Positions 60,787 to 64,000 of a stretch of 64,000 nucleotides of DNA are shown piece by piece. Origin of the DNA: an uncultured Actinomycetota bacterium (GTDB lineage: Bacteria; Actinomycetota; Actinomycetes; S36-B12; UBA10799); contig CAVPGV010000013.1 of assembly GCA_963704075.1 (NCBI GenBank), positions 17,481-81,480 on the forward strand, in the 5' to 3' direction. Below the pieces are notes generated by a model, which was given only the letters and a program-made list of their open reading frames with translations, had not been told where the DNA came from and searched no databases. Position numbers and translations under genes: made by a program. Every line of letters starts with the position of its first letter. Within the stretch, counting starts at the first letter, position 1.

Positions 60787-61389
60787 TTGGGTGACGCACT
60801 GACGGTTCTGGTCGCCGAGGACGAAGCGTTGATCCGTATGGATCTGGTGGAGACCCTCAGGGAACTGGGTTTTGACGTTGTGGGCGCAGTGGGCGACGGG
60901 AGGTCCGCGGTCGAAACGGCTGCGAGCACCCGGCCGCAACTTGCCCTGCTGGACATCAAGATGCCCGACATGGACGGCCTGGCCGCGGCCTCTGAGATCA
61001 TCGGGCTCAAGTCCACCGCCGTGGTGATGCTGACCGCCTTCAGCCAGCCCGAACTGATCCAGCGGGCGGTGGCCGCCGGTGCCATGGGGTATCTGGTCAA
61101 GCCGTTCAAGCCCGAGGAGTTGCGTGCCGCGCTCACCGTTGCCTGGCAGCGTTACAGCCAACTGCTCGACGAGCAGCAGCGCTCGCGGGACCTGGAGCAG
61201 AGCCTGGCCGACCGCAAGACGATCGAGCGGGCCAGGGGACTAGTGCAGCAGCGTTTGTCCATCCCCGAGCAGGACGCCTACACGTGGCTGCGCAGGGCAG
61301 CGATGGATCAGCGGTTGAGCCTGGTGGAGGTGGCCCGGCGCACTCTGCAGGCGGCTACGGACGACACCGGCGCGGATTCCGCTACCTGA
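60787..61389 (+). CDS. ANTAR-domain response regulator (PdtaR-like)
   Basis: 200 aa. REC domain (VLVAEDEALIRMDL..LLDIKMPDMDG..MLTAF..GAMGYLVKPF), then an ANTAR domain (LADRKTIERARGLVQQRLSIPEQDAYTWLRRAAMDQRLSLVEVARR). Confidence 0.9.
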   Translation: MGDALTVLVAEDEALIRMDLVETLRELGFDVVGAVGDGRSAVETAASTRPQLALLDIKMPDMDGLAAASEIIGLKSTAVVMLTAFSQPELIQRAVAAGAMGYLVKPFKPEELRAALTVAWQRYSQLLDEQQRSRDLEQSLADRKTIERARGLVQQRLSIPEQDAYTWLRRAAMDQRLSLVEVARRTLQAATDDTGADSAT

Positions 61390-61466
61390 AGTCCGTATCT
61401 CGGATCTGCAACACATGGGCGGGCCTTGCTTGTACCGTGTCGTTTTGTCCGTAAGGTGTACACAAT

Positions 61467-61487
61467 TCGACGCGGCAGTCGCGTCGA
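61467..61487 (+). other. 8-bp perfect hairpin in the 5' leader of the binding-protein gene
   Basis: TCGACGCG-gcagt-CGCGTCGA, ending 26 nt upstream of the ATG at 61513. No U-tract follows. Confidence 0.55.
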
Positions 61488-61512
61488 GGTTACTTGAGAC
61501 AAAGGGGTACAG

Positions 61513-62799
61513 ATGTCCCGACCGATTATTCTGCGGTCGCTCGTGGTGGTGGGTGTCGCGAGTCTCGCGTTGGCTGGTTGTTCCAGCGACGACGGCTCCG
61601 GCGATTCCACCTCGAGCCCGACGGCGGAGTCCACTGCAGCCCAGGGTGATGGCACCTTGAAGATCGGCACGTTGCTGCCGCAGACGGGTTCGCTGGCCTT
61701 CCTCGGACCGCCCGAGTTCGCTGGCGTCGATCTGGCCGCCCAGGAGATCAACGAGGCGGGCGGCGTGAACGGCGCTGATGTCGAGACCATCGTGGGTGAC
61801 TCCGGTGACACCTCGACGAACATCGCGTCCCAGACCGTCGACCGTCAGCTGTCGCAGGACGTTGACGCGATCATCGGTGCTGCCTCCAGTGCGGTGTCGT
61901 TGACGGTGATCGACAAGATCACCAGTGCCGGTGTCCAGCAGGTCTCCCCAGCGAACACCTCGCCGGAGTTCTCGACCTACCCGGACAAGGGGCTCTATGC
62001 GCGCACCGCACCCCCGGACACGTTCCAGGGCCAGGTGCTCGGTGACCTGATCGCCGGCGACGGGAACAACTCACTGGCCATCCTCGCGCTCGACGACGCC
62101 TACGGCACCGGCCTGGCGGACAACGTCGAGAAGGCCTACACGGCCGCAGGTGGCACCGTCGCGTCCAAGCAGATCTACGACCCCAAGGCCCCGTCGTTCG
62201 AGGCCGAGGTGTCCGAGGCGAAGGCGTCGAACCCCGAGGCCATCACGCTGATCGGCTTCGACGAGTCCAGCAAGATCGTCCAGGAGATGATCAAGCAGGG
62301 TGTCGGGCCGGAGGACGTCCCGCTCTACCTGGTGGACGGCAACCTGTCGAACACGCTGTTCAAGGACCTCCCGAAGGGCTCGATGGAGGGCACTCAGGGA
62401 ACCCTGCCGGGCGCTGAGGCCAGCCCCGAGTTCCGTCAGGCGCTGCTCGACGTGGACCCGCAGCTGAAGGACTTCTCCTACGCTCCGGAGGCCTACGACG
62501 CGACGATCATCATCGCGCTGGCGGCCCAGGCTGCAGGTAACGACAGCGGGCAGGCGATCGGTGACACGCTCAAGCAGGTCACTGCCGACGGTGAGAAGTG
62601 CACCACCTACGCCGACTGCCTGACTCTGCTGGAAGAGGGCAAGGACATCGACTACGACGGTCAGTCGGGTCCGATCGACCTGAACGATGTGGGTGACCCG
62701 AGCAAGGCGATCATGGGCATCTACACCTACGGTCCGGACAACACCTACACCCGTACTGGTTCCCAGGAGGGTGACGTGCCGGAGCCCGAGCAGGGCTGA
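61513..62799 (+). CDS. ABC transporter substrate-binding lipoprotein (branched-chain amino acid / LivJ-type periplasmic binding fold)
   Basis: 428 aa. Lipobox LALAGC. The mature part fits the type I PBP pattern (LKIGTLLPQTGSLAFLGPPEFAGVDLAAQEINEAGGVNG). Confidence 0.85.
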   Translation: MSRPIILRSLVVVGVASLALAGCSSDDGSGDSTSSPTAESTAAQGDGTLKIGTLLPQTGSLAFLGPPEFAGVDLAAQEINEAGGVNGADVETIVGDSGDTSTNIASQTVDRQLSQDVDAIIGAASSAVSLTVIDKITSAGVQQVSPANTSPEFSTYPDKGLYARTAPPDTFQGQVLGDLIAGDGNNSLAILALDDAYGTGLADNVEKAYTAAGGTVASKQIYDPKAPSFEAEVSEAKASNPEAITLIGFDESSKIVQEMIKQGVGPEDVPLYLVDGNLSNTLFKDLPKGSMEGTQGTLPGAEASPEFRQALLDVDPQLKDFSYAPEAYDATIIIALAAQAAGNDSGQAIGDTLKQVTADGEKCTTYADCLTLLEEGKDIDYDGQSGPIDLNDVGDPSKAIMGIYTYGPDNTYTRTGSQEGDVPEPEQG

Positions 62800-62820
62800 G
62801 GCTCTTCGTAACACACCTGA

Positions 62821-62867
62821 GGTGCCCGCTCCCGATTCGTCGGGGGCGGGCACCTTGGTGTTTGTGG
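62821..62867 (+). terminator. intrinsic terminator after the binding-protein gene
   Basis: GGTGCCCGCTCCCG-attcgt-CGGGGGCGGGCACC (one G-U pair), followed by TTGGTGTTTGTGG. Confidence 0.75.
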
Positions 62868-62915
62868 CACGGCTCGCGGCCCATCGCGGAGCCTCGTTCC
62901 GTCGCCCCATTCGCG

Positions 62916-62980
62916 AAATAGCCCGTTGGTTGCCGAATCGCCTCGAACTTGGAGGCTATTGGGCAACCAACGGGCCATTT
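62916..62980. repeat. 19-bp inverted repeat (1 mismatch) flanking a 27-nt spacer that contains its own 5-bp hairpin
   Basis: AAATAGCCCGTTGGTTGCC (62916-62934) against GGCAACCAACGGGCCATTT (62962-62980). The spacer holds GCCTC-gaacttg-GAGGC. Confidence 0.85.
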
Positions 62981-62991
62981 CACATTTGCAG

Positions 62992-63045
62992 CAGGCCCTT
63001 TCCACAGGAGCGGTGGTGCGAACAGGCCCCTTTCCACAGGAGCGG
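62992..63045 (+). repeat. two direct copies of a 22/23-bp unit CAGGCCC(C)TTTCCACAGGAGCGG separated by 9 nt
   Basis: Copies at 62992-63013 and 63023-63045. A weaker third relative (GGGCCATTTCACA) lies at 62972-62984. Confidence 0.85.
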
Positions 63046-63087
63046 GAGGTTTCGTCAGGTCCGGGGATTTCGAGCCATAGTGGGTTG

Positions 63088-64000
63088 ATGCTCGAACAGT
63101 TGCGGGACATCGCGCAGAAGCGCCACGGTGTCCTTCTCACATCCGATCTGGAAGTTCTGGGGCTTGATCACAACGCCCGCCAAGCGGTCACGCGTGGGCT
63201 GCATCGCATCGCTCGTGGCGCGTTCTGTGTGGACAAGCCCACGAGTCCGTCGCACTGGCACTCCTTACGCACGGTGGCTGCACTGGCAGCCCGGAACGAC
63301 CATGTGATCGCGAGCCACGTATCCGCCGCGGTCGCTCATGGACTGCCGTTGTGGGGTACCGACCTGGACCTTGTGCACCTGACCTCTGCGAAGACCAGTC
63401 GTGTCGCGCGGGCCGGCGTTGTAGTCCATCGCGCCGAAGCGCCCCATGTGGACGCTCGAGGCATTCCGGTCACGGATGTGGCGCGGACCATCGTGGATTG
63501 TGCGCGCATTTCGTCGCGGGATTCGTCGGTGGCGATGGCTGACTATGCGCTGCACACGGGGATGACCACACGGGAGCAGCTCGCGGCCGCCCTTTCCGGG
63601 GCCGTTGGCCGAGGTGTCTCTAGGGCCCGTGCTGTGGTGGCACTCGCGGATAGACGTTCTGAGAGCGTCGGTGAGACCCGTACCCGGCTCATTTGCGTGG
63701 ATGCTGGCATTGACGTGACGCCCCAGGTGTGGCTGCGTGACGTTGACGGGATCGCTTTCGCGCGCGTGGACCTGCTCGTGGATGGCATGCCGGTGGTCAT
63801 CGAGTTCGATGGCAAAGAGAAGTACGAGTGGATCGAAGAAGGGCCGGTTGACCCCGCGGCGAAGCATTGGCAGGAGAAGGTCCGCCGCGAGCGGATCGAA
63901 GACCTCGGCTATGTGGTGGTCAACATCTATTGGTCCATGCTCGACAATCCTGCCGCAGTGGTGGCCAAGATCCGTCGCGCGATTCTTCGGGCGGATACCA
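63088..64000 (+). CDS. AbiEi_4-like N-terminal domain / DUF559 (Vsr-like endonuclease fold) family protein, 3' end outside window
   Basis: Not in the supplied ORF track because it has no stop within the window. I translated it codon by codon from the ATG at 63088 to 64000 (304 codons, no stop): MLEQLRDIAQKRHGVLLTSDLEVLGLDHNARQAVTRGLHRIARGAFCV...HVSAAVAHGLPLWG...VHLT...VVVHRA...IPVTDVARTIVDCAR...ESVGETRTRLICVDAGI..PQVW...ARVDLLVDGMPVVIEFDGKEKY...RRERIEDLGYVVVNIYW. Confidence 0.7.
   Translation, partial: MLEQLRDIAQKRHGVLLTSDLEVLGLDHNARQAVTRGLHRIARGAFCVDKPTSPSHWHSLRTVAALAARNDHVIASHVSAAVAHGLPLWGTDLDLVHLTSAKTSRVARAGVVVHRAEAPHVDARGIPVTDVARTIVDCARISSRDSSVAMADYALHTGMTTREQLAAALSGAVGRGVSRARAVVALADRRSESVGETRTRLICVDAGIDVTPQVWLRDVDGIAFARVDLLVDGMPVVIEFDGKEKYEWIEEGPVDPAAKHWQEKVRRERIEDLGYVVVNIYWSMLDNPAAVVAKIRRAILRADT

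Noticed and set aside
61390-61512. ANTAR target (dual hexaloop hairpins) expected near an ANTAR regulator gene
   Set aside because: Only one strong hairpin is present (61467-61487). Its loop is 5 nt (GCAGU) rather than a hexaloop with A1/G4, there is no tandem partner, and there is no terminator overlap. It is kept as a plain hairpin feature only.

Overview
High-GC (roughly 68-70%) actinobacterial chromosomal segment, almost entirely coding. The gene order matches the conserved housekeeping block known from Mycobacterium tuberculosis (Rv2614c to Rv2533c): thrS, HIT, pgsA1, acyltransferase, pimA; pdxS, pdxT, yebC; ruvCAB, yajC, secDF, relA; ppiB-like, MBL, hisS, aspS, rarA, alaS, ruvX, mltG, aroE; then aroC, aroK, aroB, aroQ, pepQ-like, efp, nusB.

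The main departure is a ~19.7 kb type IV pilus (T4P) locus at 35.7-55.4 kb, wedged between aroE and aroC. It contains:
- a Roadblock/LC7 protein and a DUF4388/PATAN protein, followed by pilB, pilT and pilC
- an oppositely oriented insert: a PAS x4, degenerate-GGDEF, EAL protein, an HNH endonuclease remnant and a histidine phosphatase
- pilA, three prepilin-like or large pilus proteins, pilD, pilM, pilN, pilO and a PilP-like protein
- no secretin.

Other notable items:
- a WS/DGAT acyltransferase with an N-terminal (PAAKK)n histone-like tail
- a SecD with an AAC/AAG-encoded Asn/Lys insertion
- a structurally atypical tRNA (anticodon position reads CAA, but the variable loop is short)
- an ANTAR response regulator next to an amino-acid-type ABC binding lipoprotein
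- a structured repeat region followed by an ORF that is missing from the supplied track because it runs off the window end.

At least 15 single-nucleotide frame interruptions occur. They affect essential genes (aspS, aroK) as well as pilB, pilC and pilM, mostly at short homopolymers. Assembly indel error is therefore the leading explanation, and real decay of the pilus genes is the alternative. All product calls rest on motif recognition by eye; no database search was possible.
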